Shown here: positions 17,685 through 27,896 of the stretch, one piece after another | How positions within the stretch are numbered: position 1 is the stretch's first letter | How the letters are laid out: each line of letters starts with the position of its first letter | Source of the DNA: a virus | Reading direction: 5' to 3' (one strand) | IMG/VR virus record: IMGVR_UViG_3300042691_032331 | Coordinates: 1-64,000 of that record | DNA: 64,000 nt | Translations under genes and position numbers: made by a program | The notes under the pieces: model-generated | The model's database searches: none | Told to the model about the DNA's origin: nothing | The model's input: the letters and a program-made list of their open reading frames with translations, nothing else

Positions 17685-18245
17685 CTAATTTCCCGTTAAA
17701 TTTTTGCCCCATCTTCTGTTGATGTGACTCCAGTTTATAATCTTCCAACTGTTTTCTAGGTATTGTTTTTTGTCTGCTTGATAGTCTAGGGCCCAAGAAT
17801 GTTCCCACCAATCGATAAGAAGTAGTATATCTTCCCGAACCTCATGATTAACTATGGTTTTAATTTCTCCATCATATGACAAATAAATCCAACCACTTCC
17901 CTGTATCTTCATGGCTTCTTGCTTAAACTGTTCTTTAAAATCACGCCACCAACCATACTTGCGTTTGATTAAATTTAGTACAGGTCCGTTCGGAGTGTTA
18001 CTATCTTGAGGGCTACGAAACTGAGCAAAATAGATATTATGTAGGAAAGCTCCTGCATAGTTAAAATCATCATCACCTTCACCTGCTTTATAACGTTTAG
18101 CATAGCCCTTTGCTAAATTCTCGTAATGATATTCAAGAGTTTGTTTACTCAGAACTGGCTGCAAATCCGTCATGGAATAACGCAATTCTTCTGTTTCAAT
18201 TGTGGGTTTTCTACCTTCAAAAAGATTCTCTACAAATAAATGCAT
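17685..18245 (-). CDS. Fe/Mn superoxide dismutase
   Basis: L.PVLS..TLEYH, HNIYF, QGSGW, DWWEHSW. Confidence 0.88.
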   Translation of the reverse strand: MHLFVENLFEGRKPTIETEELRYSMTDLQPVLSKQTLEYHYENLAKGYAKRYKAGEGDDDFNYAGAFLHNIYFAQFRSPQDSNTPNGPVLNLIKRKYGWWRDFKEQFKQEAMKIQGSGWIYLSYDGEIKTIVNHEVREDILLLIDWWEHSWALDYQADKKQYLENSWKIINWSHINRRWGKNLTGN

Positions 18246-18263
18246 TGTAGAGTATTTATTGAC

Positions 18264-19004
18264 TTACGTATACTTCTTAATGAATTCAGAGCAATCTTGA
18301 GTCACATGAGCAAAACTATCATTGTAGTCTTTTATTGATTGTAGGTCTAAACCCTTGCCATGATTATGATGTTGGAATCCATGATTATGCTTTAAATCTT
18401 CAGAACTAATTCTTGTTTGTATTTGTAACCTACGTGCTAACATTTCAGGACTACTTATACAATTAGCGTAGTGGAATATTAAACAATCAGTGGTGTTATA
18501 CCCATGCTGATAATGTCTGCCAATTGGATATGTTAGATAACTTATATTATGTAAACTTCTAGCAAAGCGTAATCTCCAACCATCAGTCCAAAGAACACCT
18601 TTATTAAGTTGTTGCCAAAGCGGCTGTTTGTGACTTAGTTGTCCATTTGGATTGAAGTCAAAAAAGCATATAGACGGAATAAGATGCTGTGTACTTACTT
18701 TTGCATCATCCATTAGTTTGTTAGTATCACCTACTAAAAACTCTGTAATGTTAAGAGCAATACGCCAACCTTCAATCATGTTTTCGTAATGACATACTTC
18801 ATCGTCGATGAGGTTAGATTGAAACTCTTTATTTCTACTTCTGACTACATTCCATGTAGGACAGATTTCTTTGATAATGTTTACTGAATTGTCAGTGGAT
18901 GCATAATCAATCAATATACCATGATCAAATATCTTCTTATGATGTTCTAACCACCACGGTAAAAGATATTCTTCATTATAAAAGTGACTAATTATTGTTT
19001 TCAT
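18264..19004 (-). CDS. glycosyltransferase family 2-like
   Basis: FYNEEYLLPWWLEHH, LIDYASTDNS. Confidence 0.8.
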   Translation of the reverse strand: MKTIISHFYNEEYLLPWWLEHHKKIFDHGILIDYASTDNSVNIIKEICPTWNVVRSRNKEFQSNLIDDEVCHYENMIEGWRIALNITEFLVGDTNKLMDDAKVSTQHLIPSICFFDFNPNGQLSHKQPLWQQLNKGVLWTDGWRLRFARSLHNISYLTYPIGRHYQHGYNTTDCLIFHYANCISSPEMLARRLQIQTRISSEDLKHNHGFQHHNHGKGLDLQSIKDYNDSFAHVTQDCSEFIKKYT

Positions 19005-19498
19005 ATTACAGAATGTAAAATAAATTCATGTGCAATTTCAACAATACCGTAGTCTGTTGCTGGCACATAAAAATGTAATAGTGAGTGGGGTCCGTATGTT
19101 GTCTTTAGTTTGTTCAGGTTATCAAAGCCACTCAGTGTAATCATTTTATGTTTAGTGATGCAATATTGTGCAGCATTAAGAATATTTTGCGAATTACCTG
19201 AAGATGATATCAATATCACTAATGTATCATCGTTTGCAAAATGTTCAAGAAATTTAACATAAGCATTTTCCCATCCATAGTCATTAGCATAGCAACTCAT
19301 TCTTGATGTGTCTCCAAATGCTAATGATCGTACACCTAATGCTTTTGTGTAATCTTGAGCTATGTGGCAACTGATAGCATTGCTGCCTCCGTTACCTAAT
19401 ATAATTATATTCTTCGCACCTAGTACCAATTCTTTTAATTTACTTAGGTCTGCTTCGCTTACAGAATTAATGCATTCTTTAAATTTTTGTAAATTCAT
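19001..19498 (-). CDS. gmhA: phosphoheptose isomerase (SIS domain)
   Basis: GNGGS, ANDYG, ISSSGNSQNI, GIVE..H. Confidence 0.85.
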   Translation of the reverse strand: MNLQKFKECINSVSEADLSKLKELVLGAKNIIILGNGGSNAISCHIAQDYTKALGVRSLAFGDTSRMSCYANDYGWENAYVKFLEHFANDDTLVILISSSGNSQNILNAAQYCITKHKMITLSGFDNLNKLKTTYGPHSLLHFYVPATDYGIVEIAHEFILHSVI

Positions 19499-20447
19499 TT
19501 TTCAAATTAATATATTTTAAACCAGTTTCGGATATACCAATAGGCTTCATCATATTATAACTTTGACAATCAAATTTGTCAGCCTTTTTGGTAAACACAA
19601 GAAAGTAACCACCATTACCTGCCCCACATAACTTGTGCGCTAAAACTTTTGGATCGTTCTTAAGTCTGTTATCTAACTGTTTAAGATGATCATTGTCACA
19701 AATCAATGGGCTTGTTTGCTTTTTATTTTCCCAACTTCTGTTTATTACTTCACCAAACAAGTCAATGTCTGATGAGATAATAGCATCCTCTAATTCTCTT
19801 ACATCATCTAATAATGTGTATGACTTAGATATATCTAAACTTTCTAGAACTTGGGTACTATTTCTTAAAACACCTGTATAAACTAAAAAAATATCTAAAT
19901 CTTTAAATATATTAGTGTTCAAATATTTAATGGTTGGATCATTGTTTCTTGAAAAATTTATTCTTTTTAGTCCACCCATACTACCATAGAAATCTTGCTG
20001 ACCAACCAATGGGTTAAAGTTCTTTTCAATAATCTCGGCAGTTTTACATACTTCAAATTCTGTAATGTTTTCACCGCGCATTACATATATGGCTTTAACT
20101 AATGCCTGTAGATAAGATGAACTTGCTGCTAACCCAGAACCAACACTAAAAATATCAGATGTAAGACTGCAATTTATAGTATCAACTCTAAGATATTCAA
20201 AGCAAAATCTTAATAATTCATTTTCTATTTCTTCGATTTTCTTTACAGTTTCTCGCCTGCTATAATTTAGATGATAGTTGTGATCTAAACTATTACTACC
20301 GAACACATCCTGATGGATTGTAACATATGTTCTTAGTGTGCTAGGAAAACTGATAACACTACCATATCCATACTTTTCAATAAAATTAGGGTGATCCGTT
20401 GAACCACCCACTAGTGAAATACGCAACGGACAAGATGTTACAATCAC
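19479..20447 (-). CDS. hddA: GHMP kinase, heptose-7-phosphate 1-kinase-like
   Basis: PLRISLVGGSTD, GSGLAASS, VGQQD, KLCGAGNGG. Confidence 0.85.
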   Translation of the reverse strand: MIVTSCPLRISLVGGSTDHPNFIEKYGYGSVISFPSTLRTYVTIHQDVFGSNSLDHNYHLNYSRRETVKKIEEIENELLRFCFEYLRVDTINCSLTSDIFSVGSGLAASSSYLQALVKAIYVMRGENITEFEVCKTAEIIEKNFNPLVGQQDFYGSMGGLKRINFSRNNDPTIKYLNTNIFKDLDIFLVYTGVLRNSTQVLESLDISKSYTLLDDVRELEDAIISSDIDLFGEVINRSWENKKQTSPLICDNDHLKQLDNRLKNDPKVLAHKLCGAGNGGYFLVFTKKADKFDCQSYNMMKPIGISETGLKYINLKNEFTKI

Positions 20448-21103
20448 TTTAGTTTACCAGCAAAAACGAATTCTCTATCACTGTGTAACGATTGACCTCT
20501 GTTTGTAATCCCAAATGGATAAGTAATTGGATCAAAGTATTGAGATGTTTTATTATCCCACCATTCTTTGCTTTCTACACACTTATGCCAATTAACACCT
20601 TGTGATTTAACTAAATCAAATAATGCAATGCTTGCTACAAATATACCATCTTTATCTAAATGCTTTTGAACGTTACGAAAAAAGTTATCTAGTTGGTGCT
20701 CGTAAAAATGTTCAATTACATCAAAGCATGTAATTAAATTAAATGTTACAGTAGATCCATCTTCAAGTAACTGAAAGTCTTTGGTAACATCGCATGTAAA
20801 TAAGATTTTGTTACCATATTTTTGCCAGTTCTCATAACCTCTAGGTTTCTCACCTACACCATTGTAATTTAAACAATGATCAGATCCTTCTAAACCAACA
20901 GAGGTGTGACCTCTTTCATGCATTCTACATACTAGTTCGCCACCAGCACAACCAAGATCAAGCATTTTAATTTTCTTGTCGAAATGTTTTTCTACGTTAT
21001 CAACAAAAACATAATCCATGTTATTATCTAAATGCACGCCATCTGGATGAATATGATCATCACTGTCTACGGCTATTGGGCTATTAGTCATTAAACTTAT
21101 CAT
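20444..21103 (-). CDS. class I SAM-dependent methyltransferase
   Basis: MLDLGCAGG, FDVIEH. Confidence 0.85.
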   Translation of the reverse strand: MISLMTNSPIAVDSDDHIHPDGVHLDNNMDYVFVDNVEKHFDKKIKMLDLGCAGGELVCRMHERGHTSVGLEGSDHCLNYNGVGEKPRGYENWQKYGNKILFTCDVTKDFQLLEDGSTVTFNLITCFDVIEHFYEHQLDNFFRNVQKHLDKDGIFVASIALFDLVKSQGVNWHKCVESKEWWDNKTSQYFDPITYPFGITNRGQSLHSDREFVFAGKLK

Positions 21104-22305
21104 TTTTCTTCCATATAGTTGGGAAAGTATTTTACAAAAATATCGTTTTTAGTATCTCGAACTTTGTTAATTCTTTCCTTTATTTCTTTGTAAAAGTTCC
21201 AAGCTAAGGGAACGAAAACTATTTTTTCAAAATTATTTTTAAGTAGATCAATAGAATGTATTTCTATATTTTGTCCAGGAGTCAAATAATCCCACTTCAT
21301 ATAGTTGTCATCGATAATGTAATCTAATTTATAATCAATGTAATTTAATAGCGTCATACCCTTAGCAGCAGCACCATATCCTATTATTGTGTAACCTTCT
21401 GACTTAAATTTATTAAGCCCCTTCAATAAATCTTCTTTAATACTGACCGCGTTATCTGCAAATTTTAAATATTTGTCTACAGTATAGATACCATTTTGTT
21501 CTTCAAATGATATTAACTCTTTTAGCTGCTGTTCATCGCATGGTTGTTTTTGTAATGAGAATAAAAACGATTTGCTATGTATATCTGTTTTTACAATACT
21601 AGACACATATAAATTATGATTACGGGCTAACATTTTTATTGATAGTCCAGTAAAATAAGATGAATGTTCATGGTATACCACATCAAATTCATTGTTTAAA
21701 AACATGTCACATTGACTTGTCTGTATAAAAATTTGACCATCGTCGGAAAGTAATTCTACACAACTGCTAATAAATTCATTAGGATCAGGCACATGTGGGA
21801 GAACATGAAATGCCATAATCAAATCTACCTTGCCTACCTCACTGTTAAATTTTTTACTAAAATCTTTGTTAAAATAATCTACATAAACGTTTAAGTTTCT
21901 CTTTTCGCTTAGTTCACGTATGTTCTTTGCTGGATCAACGCCATAGCATTCATAACCTCTTTTGTGAAACATTTCAAGTAACAATCCACTGTTACATGCA
22001 ATTTCAAGAATTTTCTTTGGTTTGATTTTGTCTAAAATATATTCTGTTGTCCATTCAAAATAATCTGTCAAAGTTTTTGAAGTATCACTTATATATAAGT
22101 AATGCTCAAACATTTTGTCAGGATCGACACTAACTGATAATTGTGAATGATAACAATGTTTGCATAGTCTTAGCCTTAGTGGGTATGTAGGTAATTCTTC
22201 ACCTTTATGATATGAATTAGCAAGTGGTTGATCTGATAAGTTTAGATATTCGATTGTTTCTTTGTTCCCGCAAACTAAACAACTATTATTTTCTGTGTAA
22301 TTCAT
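21100..22305 (-). CDS. NDP-sugar C-methyltransferase
   Basis: N-terminal CxxC...CxxC zinc site, LEIACNSG, YHEHSSYF, GYGAAAKG, PLAWNF. Confidence 0.88.
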   Translation of the reverse strand: MNYTENNSCLVCGNKETIEYLNLSDQPLANSYHKGEELPTYPLRLRLCKHCYHSQLSVSVDPDKMFEHYLYISDTSKTLTDYFEWTTEYILDKIKPKKILEIACNSGLLLEMFHKRGYECYGVDPAKNIRELSEKRNLNVYVDYFNKDFSKKFNSEVGKVDLIMAFHVLPHVPDPNEFISSCVELLSDDGQIFIQTSQCDMFLNNEFDVVYHEHSSYFTGLSIKMLARNHNLYVSSIVKTDIHSKSFLFSLQKQPCDEQQLKELISFEEQNGIYTVDKYLKFADNAVSIKEDLLKGLNKFKSEGYTIIGYGAAAKGMTLLNYIDYKLDYIIDDNYMKWDYLTPGQNIEIHSIDLLKNNFEKIVFVPLAWNFYKEIKERINKVRDTKNDIFVKYFPNYMEEK

Positions 22306-23180
22306 TTGGTTTCTCTCTTTGACCAACTAGGATTTATTTTTTCTTTTACTATAGAATCAATTATAGTTTCAACTGTATCTTTAAAACTAAAATTGTATGT
22401 TTGCATAAACTTAGTGCTATCGATTGCAAAGTCGTAGGTTTGTGTATTTCCCTTATCGATAAGCGGAACATTCAAATAATTTGCGACCTTTGTACCTATA
22501 TCTTTAATATTAAAGTTTACAGATGCAAGATTATAAATTCCTCTATTATCGACTGTAGATTCTATAATTGTTTCTATTGAACGCACAAGGTCGTTTATAC
22601 TAAGAATTGGTCTATGTGCGTGTCCATTCATTACATGCACTTCTTTTTGCTTTAGAGCAGTTAAAGTCATTGCATTAATCATTAAGTCTAAACGCATGTT
22701 GGGACTATATCCATTAACACTACCAAAACGTAATCCATAGTACTCAACATTTGTTAAAGGCATATATTGATCAATGGTAGTCTTAGTAAAAGTAAGACCA
22801 TCCATTGGGTCTAGTGTATCCGTTTCAATTTTTGGTTTGTCATCGCTTGTTACATAAACACAAGAACTACTTGCATAAATGAACTTTTGTCTTTTAAGTT
22901 TACTTACAAGATCGATGAATTTAGTTACATTATTGTCGTATGCATCTTTAATATTTTTACATAAGGGAACAGAACTATTAGCTGCTACATGGATTACTAC
23001 ATCGAAATCTTCTAAAAACTGTTCACTAAGAACATCAAAGTCTAATTTGATATTATATGGATTTGTATAGTTTCCAAACCACTCAGTGTCTACTGTTTGC
23101 ACATCGTATTTGGAAAGAAATTTTTTATAGAGTGCGGAACCTATATATCCGCACCCACCTGTGATGAGAATTTTTTTCAT
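22302..23180 (-). CDS. NAD-dependent epimerase/dehydratase (extended SDR)
   Basis: TGGCGYIG, YASSSCVY, LRFGSVNGYSPNMRLDL. Confidence 0.88.
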   Translation of the reverse strand: MKKILITGGCGYIGSALYKKFLSKYDVQTVDTEWFGNYTNPYNIKLDFDVLSEQFLEDFDVVIHVAANSSVPLCKNIKDAYDNNVTKFIDLVSKLKRQKFIYASSSCVYVTSDDKPKIETDTLDPMDGLTFTKTTIDQYMPLTNVEYYGLRFGSVNGYSPNMRLDLMINAMTLTALKQKEVHVMNGHAHRPILSINDLVRSIETIIESTVDNRGIYNLASVNFNIKDIGTKVANYLNVPLIDKGNTQTYDFAIDSTKFMQTYNFSFKDTVETIIDSIVKEKINPSWSKRETK

Positions 23181-23216
23181 GAAAATATATAGCTATTTTA
23201 ATTGGTAGGGAAATAT

Positions 23217-23432
23217 TTATCGGCGACGAACTATTCTGCCACGTGTTAAATCATATGGACTAAATTCAATTTCTACCGTGTCGCCCAATAATACTTTAAT
23301 ATCGTTTTGGCGCATACGACCACTAATGTAGCCTATGACATTTTGACCTGTCTCTAATTCTACCCTAAACATTGCGTTGGGTAGAATGTCCGTGACTTTG
23401 CCCTCTAATCTAAGACCTTCTTCTTTAGCCAT
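23217..23432 (-). CDS. infA: translation initiation factor IF-1
   Basis: [11 protein letters not shown]...ISGRMR...[19 protein letters not shown]. Confidence 0.95.
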   Translation of the reverse strand: MAKEEGLRLEGKVTDILPNAMFRVELETGQNVIGYISGRMRQNDIKVLLGDTVEIEFSPYDLTRGRIVRRR

Positions 23433-23441
23433 TAAAAATCT

Positions 23442-23828
23442 TTATCTCCTCATTTTAGAAATATCTTTTGCAGCCTCGTCATTAAAGATAGGCACTGCAT
23501 TAGATTTATGCATAGTACCGATGCCGATAATTTTATCACCGGTGTATTGTTGCGTTTGCTTAATAGTTACTGCTCCTGTATGACCTGAGTCAATACTTGA
23601 TAAGTGACGAGTACCACGACCCTCAGGAATTTTGGGTATGATAAGTTTGTTTGTAGTTTTTTTGAGTTTGATAGGCTTGCCGTATTCTTTGTTCCATTTA
23701 GCTTGTTTAGCCTCCCACTCTGCTGCAAGTTCACGTGCCTTACGTGCTTCCTCAGCATTGCGAAACTTTTGCTTGCCCTTGCGTTTACCTAATGTAGTAA
23801 GGGCTGGATGTGCAAGTTGCATGGTCAT
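23442..23828 (-). CDS. conserved phage protein
   Basis: YTG..IIGIGTMHKSNAVPIF motif; sigma70 promoter upstream. Confidence 0.8.
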   Translation of the reverse strand: MTMQLAHPALTTLGKRKGKQKFRNAEEARKARELAAEWEAKQAKWNKEYGKPIKLKKTTNKLIIPKIPEGRGTRHLSSIDSGHTGAVTIKQTQQYTGDKIIGIGTMHKSNAVPIFNDEAAKDISKMRR

Positions 23829-23898
23829 AATACGATATCCATAACAGTCAAATGTATTGCTATTATATAGGATTTCGTATTATTTGTCAAGTGTGTTA

Positions 23899-24348
23899 TC
23901 ACTTTTGCAATATCGCCCAAACTTTTTCTTTTTCAATAATTTCGGCTTCAAGTTCACGATATCTTTTTGACAACTCTTTTAACTCTTCCCAACGTTCTTC
24001 GAGTTCAGTATTAGGATGTAGAATTGCTAATCTTTCTTCAATCTTATCCAATAACTTCATTACATCCTTGCCATCTACTATAAGATTTCCTTTAATTTCT
24101 GCATCTGATTGTACTACTAAACTTGTACCTGATAAAGCATTTTGCCAAGCACCATTTGTGGTATAACTGTATGATAGGTTAGGAGTAGTATTTGGTTGAA
24201 TATGAACATGTGTGCTTGCCGAACCGCCTGGGTAGCCACCACCATACGTTCCTGCGCTGCCACCACCGCCACCACCACCGGATTGTATTGTATATACTGC
24301 TGAAGAAGAAGATAATGCTGGTATTGTTACTGTGATTGGTTTACTCAT
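23899..24348 (-). CDS. hypothetical coiled-coil protein
   Basis: low-complexity N-terminus, IEERLAILHPN..LE.RWEELK. Confidence 0.75.
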   Translation of the reverse strand: MSKPITVTIPALSSSSAVYTIQSGGGGGGGSAGTYGGGYPGGSASTHVHIQPNTTPNLSYSYTTNGAWQNALSGTSLVVQSDAEIKGNLIVDGKDVMKLLDKIEERLAILHPNTELEERWEELKELSKRYRELEAEIIEKEKVWAILQK

Positions 24349-24527
24349 GTATTTGCCCTCGTAAATACATAGTTCCCCTTGTCATCTAGACTAATTTCAA
24401 TTTGATCGCCATCCTTCCAATCTAATGCTTTTACTAAATTAGGTGGAATGGGTATTAATAAATCACCATTTTCGTCTTGTTGTGAAATTACTTCGTATGA
24501 AGTGTAACTGGAACTATGTTGTTTCAT
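24345..24527 (-). CDS. AbrB/MazE-like small protein
   Basis: IPIPPNLVKALDWKDGDQIEI. Confidence 0.75.
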   Translation of the reverse strand: MKQHSSSYTSYEVISQQDENGDLLIPIPPNLVKALDWKDGDQIEISLDDKGNYVFTRANT

Positions 24528-24574
24528 TTTAAATAAGTCATATTACTTAGTCAACAACATAGTTGTCCAAATAT

Positions 24575-25492
24575 TTACCATGCTTTGCATGACCAATATC
24601 TTGCCTTCCAACGAGGACCTGGATTCTCACAGCGATGGCGTGCTCTAAAACTCTTACGGCGTTTCGGATTAGATTTTTTAATTTTCATATTCTTGTCACC
24701 AAAGTTAACCTTAACTACTTTACCATTTGGTTTACGAACATATACTTTTGATTTTTTAACATCACCCGCCATTGGCTTACCAAGTGGCACCTTACGACCT
24801 TGATATTCTGCTTCATCCAAATCATCTTCTCTGAACAACATAGACATATCAGTATCAGGAGTTACACTATCTATTCTAGTATCATATTGTAATCCACGTG
24901 CTTTTTTATCTCTTTCCCATTGATATCTATCAATTGGATTCATTTGACTAATTGGAGTACCTTTTGAACTTTGCTGCGGTACCTTAGGTTGAATAGGCTG
25001 TATTGGTTGAATACCGGCACGCCTTTTCATCTGATCAATGTCTTGCTCTAAATCATCTTCTGTAGTTTCATACATACTTGATTCATCTTCTAATTGATCA
25101 ATCATTTTAGCGATTACAGTTTTATAAGTAATTTCGTTTGGTGGATTTTTAAATGTGTGACCACGTTCTTGATTCTTCCCCATAACACGAACAGTTCTTG
25201 TTTCTGGGTTATATCTGATTTTAAATCCACCATGTACCCATTCACCATGCGTACCCGGTAATGATCCTTCATTCATTTCTTCACTCTCAATAAGAATGTC
25301 ATTAATTTCGAGTAAATTTAGTATTGTTTCATCTGCTTCGACAATTACACCATCATCAGTAAAACCTACTATTCCGGTTTCAATTACAAAGTGCTCGTTA
25401 AGTTCGATATCAAAGCTATCGTGTAAATCTATAGTATCGTCGGGTAATACCCCACTTTCTACTAAAGTAATCAATTTTTTCATTTCAGACAT
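24575..25492 (-). CDS. hypothetical protein, possible internal head protein
   Basis: acidic N-terminus with several (L/M/F)xE sites, basic C-terminal RRKSFRARHRC...ARYWSCKAW domain. Confidence 0.75.
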   Translation of the reverse strand: MSEMKKLITLVESGVLPDDTIDLHDSFDIELNEHFVIETGIVGFTDDGVIVEADETILNLLEINDILIESEEMNEGSLPGTHGEWVHGGFKIRYNPETRTVRVMGKNQERGHTFKNPPNEITYKTVIAKMIDQLEDESSMYETTEDDLEQDIDQMKRRAGIQPIQPIQPKVPQQSSKGTPISQMNPIDRYQWERDKKARGLQYDTRIDSVTPDTDMSMLFREDDLDEAEYQGRKVPLGKPMAGDVKKSKVYVRKPNGKVVKVNFGDKNMKIKKSNPKRRKSFRARHRCENPGPRWKARYWSCKAW

Positions 25493-25511
25493 AGTTAACT
25501 CCGTGTATTCT

Positions 25512-26114
25512 TTATTTATTCAAAAAAGGTCTGTAAATTTCTTCTAGTCTAGCTATGGTACTATCTGTGTTCATCCAACGATGTAATACCCCTATACCAC
25601 CTTTTGCTTCCCATGCATTTATGTATTTCTTAAAATCATCGACAAGCACATTAGGATGTCCTCCCTTAAGTGCGTATTTGTCTTTTTGTCCGTCAAATAT
25701 TGCTGGTAAGTTTGGGTTATGTTTCATAAGCCATTCTTGTTTACCTTCAATACTTGCTTTAGTAACTATTTTTTCTTTATCTTCAGGGGTTGACCTTAGG
25801 GGAGCAGATAATATAGTACAGGGTATATTGTTTGATTTTATCCAGTTCATAAGTTCAGCAAATCCGTCTAGTACAGGTAAACTAGCAAAGAAACGATATA
25901 CGAATTTAGGACCTTCGTCTTGTAACATTTTGATTGACTGTTCACGATGTTCTTTATCACCGATCTCTTTATAACGCTCTATTGGTGTTCCTGTTTTAGT
26001 CCCATGCCAACGTGCCCATTGAGTGAAGAAGTCTGCTTGTACTCCATCCATATCCAAATATAACATTGGTATCTTATTTGTAAGGTTTTGTTGGGTGACT
26101 TCGAATATTTTCAT
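25512..26114 (-). CDS. HAD-family 5'(3')-deoxyribonucleotidase
   Basis: YLDMDGVQADF, ILSAP, K..W, LVDD...I..W...GG.G. Confidence 0.85.
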   Translation of the reverse strand: MKIFEVTQQNLTNKIPMLYLDMDGVQADFFTQWARWHGTKTGTPIERYKEIGDKEHREQSIKMLQDEGPKFVYRFFASLPVLDGFAELMNWIKSNNIPCTILSAPLRSTPEDKEKIVTKASIEGKQEWLMKHNPNLPAIFDGQKDKYALKGGHPNVLVDDFKKYINAWEAKGGIGVLHRWMNTDSTIARLEEIYRPFLNK

Positions 26115-26256
26115 AATCTTCTCTTTTTAATGTCTCGTAGAACTTAATTATATCTTCCAAATTGTATCTAAGTCTATGGCAAATTTGTTCAGCAGAATAC
26201 CCATGCTCATACATTCTTTTTATAAGTTTGTAGTTTGGCTTCTTCATATTCCTCAC
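26074..26256 (-). CDS. small HTH-like protein
   Basis: GYSAEQICHRL pattern. Confidence 0.45.
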   Translation of the reverse strand: MRNMKKPNYKLIKRMYEHGYSAEQICHRLRYNLEDIIKFYETLKREDYENIRSHPTKPYK

Positions 26257-26375
26257 CGAAGTAGTCTATAATTAGGAACCCAACAATAGATAGTGTGATA
26301 CCAAAAATGTCACCCAATGACATAGATAACGTTATAAAAAACAAAAATAATGCTATAATAAAATATCTCATAACA

Positions 26376-27167
26376 CTATTTAACTATATTTTTAGGCTCG
26401 CAATCTATCCATTTAAGATTATTATAATGCTCATATGGCCAAGTCCCTTTAGGTAATAAGCAGACTCCTAATTCAGGGCGGTGTTCTATTCTTATTTCAA
26501 CTACAGCCCAAAGTAACCAAATGCTATAAAGTAAAAATGTTGTTACTATACCATATTTCCATGCATGACATTTAATATGTTCTTTTCTTCTACGGATTCG
26601 TGCAGCAATCTCTCTTTCACGTTTCATTTCAATTGCTATTGCACCGGCTTGTTCCTTGCCAACCCTTTTCATCATTTCTTCTACTTCAGTCCATAATGCA
26701 CCTAATTCAGGAGGACTGTTGTAGACCATAATCTCACGTAATTCTTTGCTCATTGCTTCCAATTGCTTTTTGAGTAGAACACGTTGTAAGGCACGCCTAC
26801 CTAAACTATCTGTGCCATGGTATACTTCATTTTTACTACGGCGTTCTTCTTCCTCAAGAACAGCCATACATTTATAGAAGTTGTCAAAGTATGCACCAAG
26901 GTTATTACCAATTTCAGTGTAGATATTTGTAGTTTCACCGTCTTGCTTATTAAGTGCAATGATACGATTTTTTTCTGCAATGAATTGATTTTTTTCTGCA
27001 ACCGTAGGTTCTTTGTTTTTAAACTTTTTATGAAATTGGTCGTCAAGGTCTTGAAGAACATCTTTAATGTCTCCGGCAGCCCCTTTAATGTCTTTGTAAA
27101 GTTTACAACCTTCTTTTACAAGTTTTACAGCACCATTAGCTAACGCAAACAGCGTTAATGGATCCAT
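26376..27167 (-). CDS. membrane-anchored coiled-coil protein
   Basis: MDPLTL..A N-terminus, helical core, C-terminal TM. Confidence 0.75.
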   Translation of the reverse strand: MDPLTLFALANGAVKLVKEGCKLYKDIKGAAGDIKDVLQDLDDQFHKKFKNKEPTVAEKNQFIAEKNRIIALNKQDGETTNIYTEIGNNLGAYFDNFYKCMAVLEEEERRSKNEVYHGTDSLGRRALQRVLLKKQLEAMSKELREIMVYNSPPELGALWTEVEEMMKRVGKEQAGAIAIEMKREREIAARIRRRKEHIKCHAWKYGIVTTFLLYSIWLLWAVVEIRIEHRPELGVCLLPKGTWPYEHYNNLKWIDCEPKNIVK

Positions 27168-27212
27168 TTAACTTATGTCCTTTCTAAGGATCTTATTATT
27201 ATATTTTTATTT

Positions 27213-27776
27213 TTATTTTATAAATGGCATCCACATCCAAATGCCTTGACTCATTAATAAAAAGCCAATTACACTCACGCCAATACTAGCCCAAAACATT
27301 GACATACTAACTGCTAATATACTAGCAGATAATAATACAATTGCTAACTGATAACTTGTACCAGCGAATGTCATCCATGGACCATGTTTTTTAGCAAGAT
27401 CACGTTCTTCTTCTAACGCTTTTGCTTTAGCAAATAATTCTTTTTTGCCTTCGCCTTTTTCAGGCTCACTTTCATAGCGTTCAATTTTTGCTTTTAATTT
27501 TTCTGCCTTTGCTTTGTCACCTCTTGCAATGGCGTCATCAAGACTCATTTCTGCTAATGTTTGTTTAATACTTTTTGCTTGATAAAATGACCATACGTCA
27601 TTAGCCTTAATAGTATTGTTTAATACTTTGCTACTAAAACTATTTGCCATATAGGTGTTAACAGCTAGTAATAAAGCTATTACAGTAATGACCCAACCCG
27701 CTTTATCTTTGATTTGTGCTTCAGCTTCACTTCGAGTTAGTACTTTACCCGTTACTTTATCTATCATTTGTTTCAT
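27213..27776 (-). CDS. DUF4337-like membrane protein
   Basis: WSFYQAKSIKQ, Q.AIVL.S motifs, three TM segments. Confidence 0.75.
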   Translation of the reverse strand: MKQMIDKVTGKVLTRSEAEAQIKDKAGWVITVIALLLAVNTYMANSFSSKVLNNTIKANDVWSFYQAKSIKQTLAEMSLDDAIARGDKAKAEKLKAKIERYESEPEKGEGKKELFAKAKALEEERDLAKKHGPWMTFAGTSYQLAIVLLSASILAVSMSMFWASIGVSVIGFLLMSQGIWMWMPFIK

Positions 27777-27896
27777 TTTAGCTCCTCGTTTTTATTATTA
27801 TATGTTATAAAATATTAGTATATTTTAAAGTAATACACTATAATTTGATTTATATCAATCTAAATATATTTATCAAGTCCACAGGAACCTACCCCC

